A program made the position numbers and the translations under genes. Below the pieces are notes generated by a model, which searched no databases, was not told where the DNA came from, and worked only from the letters and a program-made list of their open reading frames with translations. 64,000 bases of DNA. Origin: a virus. Positions 18,015 to 26,033 of this stretch are shown piece after piece; position 1 is the first letter of the stretch, and every line of letters begins with the position of its first letter. The DNA lies in the IMG/VR virus record IMGVR_UViG_3300042317_001497, one strand, 5' to 3'.

Positions 18015-18713
18015 ATGAGCGAAACAGTGCTTGAGAAGAAACCTGTTGTAATGAGTACGTCTAAGGCTGACGAGTTTTTTAAGAACTTTCCTAAAGATAA
18101 GGTAGTGTCCTATAAGGACTATTGGGAAAGCGTTCGTCCACAAAATAATGACGATATTTTCCGCCGCTACCTCTTTGCCTATTGCAGCGTTCATACTACT
18201 TGGCAGGGTAATGTTAAGGGTTATAACGCTATCAAGAATTTTAGCGAATGGGTAGATAGCAAAGAAATTCTTTTGGAAAAACTCCACAAGAGCGGAGTCG
18301 GGCTGCACAATAATCGTACTAATTATATCTGGGATTTCAGTACCAAGTTTTGGGCCAATCCTAAAGATTTTTATCTCACCACTAAGAAGTATCACGTTAA
18401 GAAGCGAGACAGTATTCTAAATAAGATTAGCGGTATTGGTTTGGCTAAGATTAGCTTTGCTCTGGAAATGATTCATCCTAATGAGGCTAGGATTTTGTGT
18501 GGAGATATTCACCAGTTGAGACTTTACGATGTGGAGTCTCTGAAATATAATAAGAGCAAAGCAGGATCAACTATTTATAAAAAGATGGAGCGTCACTGGA
18601 TGATTAACTGTGGCAAATTGAAAGTCCCATCTTATGTAGCAAGGTCGATCTATTGGGATGCTCTTCAAAAGAAAGAAGATAGCCGTTACTGGAGTTATGT
18701 TCTGGAGAATTAA
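18015..18713 (+). CDS. helix-hairpin-helix DNA glycosylase-like protein
   Basis: HhH motif ISGIGLAKISF and downstream GDIH (OGG2/endonuclease III-like layout); ATG 18015 with GGAGA RBS. Confidence 0.65.
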   Translation: MSETVLEKKPVVMSTSKADEFFKNFPKDKVVSYKDYWESVRPQNNDDIFRRYLFAYCSVHTTWQGNVKGYNAIKNFSEWVDSKEILLEKLHKSGVGLHNNRTNYIWDFSTKFWANPKDFYLTTKKYHVKKRDSILNKISGIGLAKISFALEMIHPNEARILCGDIHQLRLYDVESLKYNKSKAGSTIYKKMERHWMINCGKLKVPSYVARSIYWDALQKKEDSRYWSYVLEN

Positions 18714-18715
18714 GA

Positions 18716-18841
18716 ATGTCTAATGGAAAAGGTTCAAAAAGACGAGTTAGTTTAGTCTCTCAAGATACTTGGAACAAAAATTACGAAAGAATTTTTAGAA
18801 AGAAGAAGCATGGGAAGCGTAACAAATCTAAAAGAAAATAA
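18716..18841 (+). CDS. small basic protein (41 aa, not in track)
   Basis: MSNGKGSKRR...WNKNYERIF, a common small phage ORF pattern. Confidence 0.6.
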   Translation: MSNGKGSKRRVSLVSQDTWNKNYERIFRKKKHGKRNKSKRK

Positions 18842-19094
18842 GACTATTTTTATTCCTTGTGGTTGTAGAAGTGAAATTTTAGTTATTGAATATGATCATG
18901 AAATTGGGGCTGCTGATTTTGCTATTTATGAAAATCTAACATCCTATAAACACAAGATGTCATTTTGGCAGCGTTTAAGGTATTGTTACCAAGTTTTAGT
19001 TCATAAAAAGCCTTATGCTGATCAAATATTCTTAGATAATAAACAACTTTTGGATTTAAAAAACTTTTTGTACAGACTTAATCTAAATTTATAA
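18810..19094 (+). CDS. hypothetical protein
   Basis: IPCGCRSE...SFWQRLRY. Confidence 0.7.
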   Translation: MGSVTNLKENKTIFIPCGCRSEILVIEYDHEIGAADFAIYENLTSYKHKMSFWQRLRYCYQVLVHKKPYADQIFLDNKQLLDLKNFLYRLNLNL

Positions 19095-19134
19095 TGGTGT
19101 ATATTTTGTTAGCCATTTACCACAGGAGGTTACT

Positions 19135-19350
19135 ATGGTAGTCAAGAGTATGAACAGTTATGTTGCTGATGAACTTGCTAATAAAGTTAAACATCTACAG
19201 CTTGCTCTAGACCAAGCAAAAAATATCATAAGTATGCTTGAAACTGAAAATGATAGACTAAAAGACGTTCTTAATGGCCTAACGTCAGAAAATAACGAAG
19301 GTTATATGCTTCACAGTGAGGCTTTTAATGAGCCGGTGTACTCAGTCTAA
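19135..19350 (+). CDS. coiled-coil hypothetical protein
   Basis: AGGAGG RBS, heptad repeats. Confidence 0.7.
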   Translation: MVVKSMNSYVADELANKVKHLQLALDQAKNIISMLETENDRLKDVLNGLTSENNEGYMLHSEAFNEPVYSV

Positions 19351-19615
19351 TAAGGGTAAAAATACCAGAATAATCACACAAATAGGCGAAAAAGAATATT
19401 TGGTAGAAGGAGAAAGCGAGTGGGCTAGATTTGGTTGTCAAAACGATCCTTCTGTTATAACTTCAGCTAATCTAGATGGTGGTCCGTTTTTATTGGTTGG
19501 AGATTCTTTTTTGGGTAAAGGACAAATTAAATCAATACAAAATATTGAGAGTAATAGAGATGGATATTTAATAATTAAAATTACTCTGCACTCCCCAAAA
19601 GAAAATAATACTTAA
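19316..19615 (+). CDS. hypothetical protein
   Basis: 99-aa ORF. Confidence 0.55.
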   Translation: MRLLMSRCTQSNKGKNTRIITQIGEKEYLVEGESEWARFGCQNDPSVITSANLDGGPFLLVGDSFLGKGQIKSIQNIESNRDGYLIIKITLHSPKENNT

Positions 19616-19629
19616 TAAAGGATTTACTT

Positions 19630-19815
19630 ATGAGCAAGTTTCATAAAAGCAATAAAAACAGAACCTTTTTAGGGGTTTGTGGTGGCTTGTCTGAATCCAC
19701 CGGAATAGATGTATCTTTGATTAGGATTGGTTTTATTTTAGGAACTATTTTTAGCGGTAGTATTCTGTTATGGATTTATCTATTATTGGCACTGGTGCTA
19801 CCAACTGAGGACTGA
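19630..19815 (+). CDS. pspC: PspC-domain membrane protein
   Basis: NRTFLGVCGGLSESTGIDVSLIRI...YLLLALVLP is the PspC signature. Confidence 0.88.
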   Translation: MSKFHKSNKNRTFLGVCGGLSESTGIDVSLIRIGFILGTIFSGSILLWIYLLLALVLPTED

Positions 19816-19945
19816 TCGACAATAGACTCTAATCTAGCTTATAGGACAGACTTTAAAAATTGAGAGAGCGGTTGCCTTGTTCTGTTCTTTTAAAAAAGAT
19901 TTGCGAATAATTCTGACAGAACCGAAAAAAAATCAAGGATACCCA

Positions 19946-19974
19946 TTGACAATGCCGATAAGGTGTTGTACAAT
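19946..19974 (+). promoter_or_regulatory. sigma70-like promoter with GCCGATA spacer motif
   Basis: TTGACA 19946-19951, GCCGATA 19954-19960, TACAAT 19969-19974. Confidence 0.85.
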
Positions 19975-20054
19975 CAAAAAGACAACGAGAGGTAATATCA
20001 ATCATGCGATTGAGCCTCAAGTTGAAAGATTGGATAGGAATTTGGAGGTTTATT

Positions 20055-20339
20055 ATGACTGAAGTTACTACTACTGCTGATAAGCAGACCCGTGTTCGTT
20101 GTTCTGATGAGCAGTTTCTTGAGGCAGTTTTTTCTAGCAAGACCTATGCTGAGATTGCGTCAAAGACTGGTCAGAAGATTGCTAGTACGATGGCACGATA
20201 TGCTCGTACAAAGGCGGCTCTGTCTAAGAAGGGTGTTGAACTTCCCGCTATGGAGCGTCAGAAGCCTGTTAAGACGGTTGATAATGTTGAGGCTATGGCA
20301 GACATTGTTCGTCGCCTCAAGGCTCATACTAACGGCTGA
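20055..20339 (+). CDS. hypothetical HTH-like DNA-binding protein
   Basis: GGAGG RBS before ATG 20055; KTYAEIASKTG HTH-like segment. Confidence 0.65.
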   Translation: MTEVTTTADKQTRVRCSDEQFLEAVFSSKTYAEIASKTGQKIASTMARYARTKAALSKKGVELPAMERQKPVKTVDNVEAMADIVRRLKAHTNG

Positions 20340-20357
20340 GTTTAGTTTAAGCCAAAT

Positions 20358-20441
20358 GCTTCCAACTACATCACTCATAAATATTGTTAGAGACAACATA
20401 GACAAAATCTAACTAATTGTTATGATATGTAGTTCGGAAGT
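20358..20441 (+). other. 84-nt rod-like hairpin immediately upstream of the tRNA
   Basis: CTTCC-AACTACAT/ATGTAGTT-C-GGAAG, TCATAA/TTATGA, GTTAGA/TCTAAC. Confidence 0.6.
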
Positions 20442-20446
20442 GTTAT

Positions 20447-20721
20447 GGGAGCATAGCCCAATTAGGCAGAGGCAATGGACTTTTTTCGTTAAATTGAGTG
20501 CTTAAAGAGAAATTTTTAAAGTAGAACCTGTCAAATTCGGTGAAGGCTTAACTGCTAATACCGAGCCAAGCATAGTAATATGAAGGTGTAGAGACTTGAC
20601 GGCAGGAACCTAAAGTGAAAACTATGGTTAAGGTAAAGTCCAGACTACAAACAGTAATGGTAACGAAAGTTATAGTAGTACGAAAATCCATACAGTGAGG
20701 GTTCGATCCCCTCTGCTCCTA
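20447..20721 (+). tRNA. trnL: tRNA-Leu(UAA) split by a group I intron (exons 20447-20482 and 20683-20721)
   Basis: acceptor GGGAGCA/TGCTCCT + A73; D-arm GCC..GGC; joined anticodon arm ATGGA-CT TAA AA-TCCAT; T-arm GAGGG-TTCGATC-CCCTC; no encoded CCA. Confidence 0.9.
20483..20682 (+). mobile_element. self-splicing group I intron (IC3-like), 200 nt, no ORF
   Basis: IGS GAGT pairs exon ACTT with U-G at the splice site; P3 CCTGTC/GGCAGG; P4 TTCGGT/ACCGAG; P7 GAGACTT/AAGTCC; P9 TAAC-GAAA-GTTA; terminal G at 20682. Confidence 0.9.
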
Positions 20722-20734
20722 CTGAAAGAAATTT

Positions 20735-20932
20735 ATGACATTCGACCAATGGATCAATCAAAACGAAGGATTCGGCCCAAGAATTGAGCGAATGTTGGAC
20801 GATGTAAAAGTTGCAGTTGAACAAGAAAAAACAGACGATATAATTAAGTGGCTGAAAGCTGCTTATATTATGGGTCATGAACAAGGATATGATGCTGGAT
20901 ATTATGATTGTTCTGATGAAGAAGATCTCTAA
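20735..20932 (+). CDS. hypothetical protein
   Basis: MTFDQW...WLKAAY, related to ORF 5574. Confidence 0.65.
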   Translation: MTFDQWINQNEGFGPRIERMLDDVKVAVEQEKTDDIIKWLKAAYIMGHEQGYDAGYYDCSDEEDL

Positions 20933-20946
20933 ATAAAAGGAAAACT

Positions 20947-21162
20947 ATGAGCAAAAATGTTCTAGAATTATATAAGATTGGGAGCAAGGTTAAGCTGGCA
21001 GATGATGTTTATGGTACAATTGTTAGTATTAATATTCATGGAGATAATAATATTACATATGAGTGTGGATGGTGGAATAGTCGCTCATACTCAACCCACT
21101 CTTTTGCTCCAAACGAAATAGAAGTTACAATTAGTGATAAAACAAGAATAGGTTTTGTATGA
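20947..21162 (+). CDS. hypothetical protein (SH3-like, YodC-like)
   Basis: YKIGSKVKL...YECGWW...RIGF. Confidence 0.6.
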   Translation: MSKNVLELYKIGSKVKLADDVYGTIVSINIHGDNNITYECGWWNSRSYSTHSFAPNEIEVTISDKTRIGFV

Positions 21163-21446
21163 TGATGCCTTCTGATAACGAAAAGAATTCTAATCCTTTG
21201 GATACTCTTATTGATTTTGCTTGGTCAAGTGGTGCTGATATTTTTTGGGTTAATAATGCTAAGGATGAACTTAAAAAACTCAAAAAAGAACTAGAGTGTT
21301 ATAGAAAGTCTTTTGAGACTCCAGTTGCTTGGGCTAAAACTAATAAGCATAATGATTTATTTGATTTGCGAATTCAGAATAATCCTTATATAAATCAAGA
21401 TATTGTTGTTCCATTATATAGGAAATCTCATGATAGCCAAAAATAG
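21159..21446 (+). CDS. hypothetical protein
   Basis: 95-aa coupled ORF. Confidence 0.6.
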   Translation: MMMPSDNEKNSNPLDTLIDFAWSSGADIFWVNNAKDELKKLKKELECYRKSFETPVAWAKTNKHNDLFDLRIQNNPYINQDIVVPLYRKSHDSQK

Positions 21447-21756
21447 ATTTTATCAAGGATATTGTTTGAATACTGGCAATAATTCATCTCACCTTAGACT
21501 TTATAAAATTGAGACAGAAAGGGAGATTAGTGACTATGAAGGTGGTACTGTTATTGAGAGTATTAAAAGCGTAGAAGATTATTGGGACGATACTGAAACT
21601 GTTGGTGAGCCGTTCTATACAATTTATGGTTCGTTCAAAATTGATTTTGTACAATCTTCATTAAAAATCGCTAGTACAGATTCTTTGCAAGAAGCGATAA
21701 GCTTAGTCGAACATCTTTCTGGAAATAAAATTTCTGAAAATTATTATAATGGCTAA
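21430..21756 (+). CDS. hypothetical protein
   Basis: probable start MIAKN at 21430. Confidence 0.6.
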   Translation: MIAKNRFYQGYCLNTGNNSSHLRLYKIETEREISDYEGGTVIESIKSVEDYWDDTETVGEPFYTIYGSFKIDFVQSSLKIASTDSLQEAISLVEHLSGNKISENYYNG

Positions 21757-22267
21757 CTACCTAATTGATAATGACTCTTGGTTTAAAGAGGGAGGATATG
21801 CTCAATTATATCCAATATTAAATTATGATAACTTAGCTTTTAAAGAATTTCCATCCAAGAAAAAAGCCGACTATGCTAGAAAAATTCAGTATGAATTATC
21901 TATATTTGATTTGGCCCCCAAGGTAATAAGTAAAACTATAAAATTAGAATACGCTAAATCTATAGAAGGATATATTCCCGAACAAAGCGAATGGGGATAT
22001 ATTACTGAACTAGCACAACACGGGACGGTATCTAGTGTACGAATACAGAACCTAGTTAATAAGATTTTTTTAAAAACTAGACTAAAATTCTGGGATTGTC
22101 ATTATTCAAATATCGGATATATTAAAAGACGAGGGAAGTCTAAAGTAGTTTGCATTGATACTGGGAAAGAAAGTTTTGATGGTCGTGCAAATGCTTGGGG
22201 AAATCCCGATCCCGGCCCAAAATGTAGTTATTGTTTTAAATATGAATGTAATTGTATAGACTTATAA
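21749..22267 (+). CDS. minimal protein kinase-like fold protein
   Basis: EGGYA Gly-loop, LAFKE, catalytic-loop-like WDCHYSNIG, CIDTG. Confidence 0.65.
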   Translation: MANYLIDNDSWFKEGGYAQLYPILNYDNLAFKEFPSKKKADYARKIQYELSIFDLAPKVISKTIKLEYAKSIEGYIPEQSEWGYITELAQHGTVSSVRIQNLVNKIFLKTRLKFWDCHYSNIGYIKRRGKSKVVCIDTGKESFDGRANAWGNPDPGPKCSYCFKYECNCIDL

Positions 22268-22279
22268 TAGGAAAAAAAT

Positions 22280-22594
22280 ATGCCATATATTAATGAAGAC
22301 GAAAGACTTGAACTAAATAGTGCAATAGAGGTTTTGTCTAATGTTATACTAAATAGCAAAACTAATCTGAATAATCCTCGTGATTTTAGCCGGTATCTTG
22401 GGCGAATAAACTATTGTTTTTCTCGCATCATAATGAATGTAATGGGGGACGTATCTTATAGCAAGATTGCTATGGCTACTGGTGTATTAGAGAATATTAA
22501 GCAAGAACTGTATCGCAGGGTGGCTGGAGATTATGAGGATAAGAAGATTGCTGAAAATGGAGATATAAAAGAGTACAAAAATTTAAATTTTTAA
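22280..22594 (+). CDS. conserved phage protein (DUF6899-like)
   Basis: MPYI...G.INY...ELYRRVAGDYEDKKIAENGD. Confidence 0.75.
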   Translation: MPYINEDERLELNSAIEVLSNVILNSKTNLNNPRDFSRYLGRINYCFSRIIMNVMGDVSYSKIAMATGVLENIKQELYRRVAGDYEDKKIAENGDIKEYKNLNF

Positions 22595-22604
22595 GGATGA
22601 TATA

Positions 22605-22934
22605 ATGTCAAAAAATATAGATGATGTAATAAAAGAAGTAATGAAAAGTAATAAAGAAATTCATAGAGTAGACAATAAACTATCAAAAGACATAGATACT
22701 ACCCATAGAGAAATACAATCACTAAAGAAAGAAGTAAAACTAGTATCTGCAAAAATAGACTCTGTACTAGAAATACTTAATACATTAACTATATTTATAG
22801 AAGATGCAGAACAAATAATAGACGACGAAGATATTGATGAAGAATATTCTTCTAATGAGGGATGGATACCAGAAGTAAATAATTGGGAAGATAAAAATAC
22901 CGATGATGAAGACGAAGAAGATGAGATTCAGTAA
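22605..22934 (+). CDS. coiled-coil protein with an acidic tail
   Basis: heptads followed by a D/E-rich C-terminus. Confidence 0.65.
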   Translation: MSKNIDDVIKEVMKSNKEIHRVDNKLSKDIDTTHREIQSLKKEVKLVSAKIDSVLEILNTLTIFIEDAEQIIDDEDIDEEYSSNEGWIPEVNNWEDKNTDDEDEEDEIQ

Positions 22935-23185
22935 TGGCTAGTTTGGCTCTGATAGTAACAATAATCTTTTTTTCTGTGATAATTATAGGACCATTAAGTT
23001 ACATCTTATCTTTATTTAATTGGATGCCAAGGTTTTTTGTGTGGATCATGGGATTGCTCTGCATACTTGTTGGATGTATGACGTTTACTTTGCCTGTGGT
23101 CTTTTTAAAAGTTTTGGGTCTGATAGACATAGCCATAGGCTTTAAAATAATATCAGACAGACAACAAAAGAAAACTGATGCTTGA
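22934..23185 (+). CDS. multi-pass membrane protein
   Basis: three hydrophobic segments. Confidence 0.65.
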   Translation: MASLALIVTIIFFSVIIIGPLSYILSLFNWMPRFFVWIMGLLCILVGCMTFTLPVVFLKVLGLIDIAIGFKIISDRQQKKTDA

Positions 23186-23210
23186 CAAGAGGTTTTGCCG
23201 ATGGTATACT
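23182..23210 (+). promoter_or_regulatory. sigma70-like promoter with GCCGAT spacer motif (rIIA)
   Basis: TTGACA 23182-23187, GCCGAT 23197-23202, TATACT 23205-23210. Confidence 0.85.
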
Positions 23211-23248
23211 CTAGCCATCACAGGGAACGATAACACTTTTGGAGAAAA

Positions 23249-25939
23249 ATGATGAAGTTGGCAGATAGGACGATTGAGACTCACAGCGTTGGTGTTACGA
23301 GCAAGAATCAGTTTAATATTGCTCAAACAAGCAAAATGTTTAAAATCCTTTCAGATTCTCTTTATTCTGACAAGGTTATGGCTGCAATTCGTGAGCTTTC
23401 AACTAATGCTTATGATAGCCACATTTCTGCTGGTAATAAGAATCCTTTTAAGGTAACTCTGCCCACCGCTGCTAATCCAACTTTTATGGTTAGAGATTAC
23501 GGTACTGGTCTTAGTCAGGATGATATGGAGGACTTGTATACAACCTATGGAGCGTCCAACAAGAATGATAGCAATGATTTTGTTGGTTGTCTTGGTCTAG
23601 GGTCTAAGAGTCCGTTTGCTTATACCAAGAGTTTTACGACCGCATCTTATTATAATGGTAAGAAATATACTTATATTGCGGCGATTGATGAGAGTGGTGT
23701 TCCTACCCTCAATCTTTTTAATACTTCTAATACATCTGAGCCTAATGGTCTTGAGATTAGTTTTGCTGTTAAGCAGCATGACTTCCAAGAATTTACAGAT
23801 AAGGCTAAGAGAATCTTCCATTATTTCCGTATGAAACCTATTATTGAGGGTGGTATTGGTGTTAATCTTCAAGACCACAAGTACAGTAATACTAACATCG
23901 TTATTAGTGGTGACGGGTGGAGAGTTTGCCGACTGAATAATGATACTCAATACTATCCTAATAGTTATCATCGTATTGATAGTGGTGTTGTAGCTATCAT
24001 GGGTAATATTGCGTATCCTGTTCAGACCGCACAGATTGTGGGTCAAGAAAAGGAAGAGATGCCTGATCATATTCAGAAGTGGAATAGAGCTTTCCAGAAA
24101 GCAGATATTGATAGCTGGAAGAGTTTTGTTAGTGAGATTATCAACTCCGGTCTTTATCTTGAGTTGGATTTTAATATCGGTCAACTTGAGATGGACGTAA
24201 GCCGGGAAGGATTGCAGTATACTAAAGATGTGATCAAGACCCTTCGTAAAAAGACTCAAGAAATTTATATTGAGATGAAGGAAGAATTCTCCAAGAAAAT
24301 TCAAACTTCTAAAACTAAAGTAGAAGCCATTACTTCATACTATACCATGAACGAACTGGCTGGAGGATGGGGAGTTGGTGCATCTTGGACCGATCCCAAG
24401 GGCAAAGATCATCCCATCAATTCTGGTAACGATCTGGAATATAAAATTCCGGCTGGCAAGAGTCTGTATGTTTTTAATTACAAGACTGCTGGGTTTCGTT
24501 CTCGTCGCATGGTTGCTCTGACTGATAAGATTCATCACGAAACTCTTACTGGTAAAGGTTATAGTTATTGGAATAACCAGAAAAAGAAAGGTCAGATGAG
24601 TTTCTTTGTGTGTGACGTTAAGGGTGAAGAGACTGCTAAGAAAATTATTACAAAATATTGTAATACAAATGATTGCTTTGCATACCTCTTGATTGATACT
24701 AAGGATCATACAAAAAGCGGAGAAGGTTTTGATCAACTGATTGAAGATGTTGGGGCTGAAAATCTACTCAAGGTTTCAGACTACAAACATCTGACGCAAA
24801 GTTCTGGACCAAGAAAGTCTTACAATAGAAATTCTAATGGTAGCGTTAGCGATCAAGACGTATTCTTTATTCATGGTTATGATAAGGATAGCAAGCAGAT
24901 TACCAATCCTTACAACGACGCTACTTGTCTGAGAATTCTTTCAGAAGAACAACTGGAAGATTTTCTGGAACAAGATGAGATCGTCTATGTTCCTATGCTT
25001 CGCTATAAGACTGAACCTGCGTCTGGCTATCCACAGATTAATGATATCTCTATTACTCTTAGAGATGAAACGCTCAAGAGTATAGTCAAGGACTTGGTTG
25101 GAGATAGTAAGGTTTATGCTATCAAAACAGCTTTTGCTAAAAAGCTTGAGAAAGACGGATACAATCTTGTTAACTTCAATGACTTTTTGAAGAGACAGCT
25201 TAAAGTTGTAGCAGAAAAACATTTTAAGAATCTTGCTTCTATCAACAAGCTTGTTGAATATTGTAAGAAGGACTATGCAGAAGATGAGAAGTACACGGGA
25301 GGGGGTTATAGATATTATAACCATGGAACAACAGATAAGCAGTTTATGTTTCATATTCTGAATATCTTTGGTCTAGATTATGATAGGTTTATTGGCAACA
25401 AGACTCTTGTAGATTGTTTGAACAAGACTATGCTAACAGAGTTCTTTGCTAATACTGTTCATATGAGTCCTTTTAATATTAGTAAGTTTAAGCAAACAGA
25501 ATATCTATCTCATATCTCTAAGCTTATGAAAGAAATTGGCATTGAAGATGTTGACGGTAAGGAGATTCGTAATGCTAATTTGGCCTACAATACCTTGACT
25601 CGCATGATCTCCAACTCTTTGTACTCTGGAGATAATAGTACAAAAGCAGAGGGTTATCTCAAGATTATTCGTGGGACTTCTACTCAAGATATTAAGACAT
25701 GGAAGATCTCTGAGATTAGGGAAAAGATCAAAACTGAGGTAGATAAGAATCCTATGCTGAAACTTATTATGGGGAATCATCAAGTATCTGGTAATCTGAC
25801 AGAACTAAAGCCTAGTCAGAATCCTATTCTTGAGGATCGTCACTCATACTATGGAAATTCTGCTAAGGATTGGATCCATCAGATGAGTCAGGAGAATATT
25901 GATCTGTTAAAGATTCAGTTGAGCAGTTTGATAAAGTAG
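23249..25939 (+). CDS. rIIA: rIIA-like protein (N-terminal GHKL/HSP90-like ATPase)
   Basis: FKILSDSLYSDK, AIRELSTNAYDSH, VRDYGTGL, GCLGLGSKSPFAY, SREGLQY; followed by rIIB. Confidence 0.9.
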   Translation: MMKLADRTIETHSVGVTSKNQFNIAQTSKMFKILSDSLYSDKVMAAIRELSTNAYDSHISAGNKNPFKVTLPTAANPTFMVRDYGTGLSQDDMEDLYTTYGASNKNDSNDFVGCLGLGSKSPFAYTKSFTTASYYNGKKYTYIAAIDESGVPTLNLFNTSNTSEPNGLEISFAVKQHDFQEFTDKAKRIFHYFRMKPIIEGGIGVNLQDHKYSNTNIVISGDGWRVCRLNNDTQYYPNSYHRIDSGVVAIMGNIAYPVQTAQIVGQEKEEMPDHIQKWNRAFQKADIDSWKSFVSEIINSGLYLELDFNIGQLEMDVSREGLQYTKDVIKTLRKKTQEIYIEMKEEFSKKIQTSKTKVEAITSYYTMNELAGGWGVGASWTDPKGKDHPINSGNDLEYKIPAGKSLYVFNYKTAGFRSRRMVALTDKIHHETLTGKGYSYWNNQKKKGQMSFFVCDVKGEETAKKIITKYCNTNDCFAYLLIDTKDHTKSGEGFDQLIEDVGAENLLKVSDYKHLTQSSGPRKSYNRNSNGSVSDQDVFFIHGYDKDSKQITNPYNDATCLRILSEEQLEDFLEQDEIVYVPMLRYKTEPASGYPQINDISITLRDETLKSIVKDLVGDSKVYAIKTAFAKKLEKDGYNLVNFNDFLKRQLKVVAEKHFKNLASINKLVEYCKKDYAEDEKYTGGGYRYYNHGTTDKQFMFHILNIFGLDYDRFIGNKTLVDCLNKTMLTEFFANTVHMSPFNISKFKQTEYLSHISKLMKEIGIEDVDGKEIRNANLAYNTLTRMISNSLYSGDNSTKAEGYLKIIRGTSTQDIKTWKISEIREKIKTEVDKNPMLKLIMGNHQVSGNLTELKPSQNPILEDRHSYYGNSAKDWIHQMSQENIDLLKIQLSSLIK

Positions 25940-25960
25940 TCAGAAATTGTTCAAGACCCC

Positions 25961-25988
25961 TTGACAAGCTTGCCGATTAGTGTAAAAT
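25961..25988 (+). promoter_or_regulatory. sigma70-like promoter with GCCGAT spacer motif (rIIB)
   Basis: TTGACA 25961-25966, GCCGAT 25972-25977, TAAAAT 25983-25988. Confidence 0.8.
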
Positions 25989-26033
25989 GACAGTATCACA
26001 GGTATCGAAACTTTAATTTTTAGGAGTTGGATT

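Noticed and set aside
20483-20682. Homing endonuclease within the intron
   Set aside because: The 200 nt are fully accounted for by the ribozyme core; the HNH (31689) and endonuclease VII (15057) genes are distant and cannot be linked from sequence
20480-20690. Ochre-suppressor reading (UUA anticodon) of the split tRNA
   Set aside because: It would need splicing one nt later, giving an 8-nt loop and a worse P1; the ACTT/GAGT pairing fixes the site after U34, giving UAA
20645-20884. Minus-strand 79-aa ORF over the tRNA 3' exon
   Set aside because: It is antisense to the tRNA/intron and ORF 20735; the VGAEGIEPS text is the usual translation of an antisense T-arm
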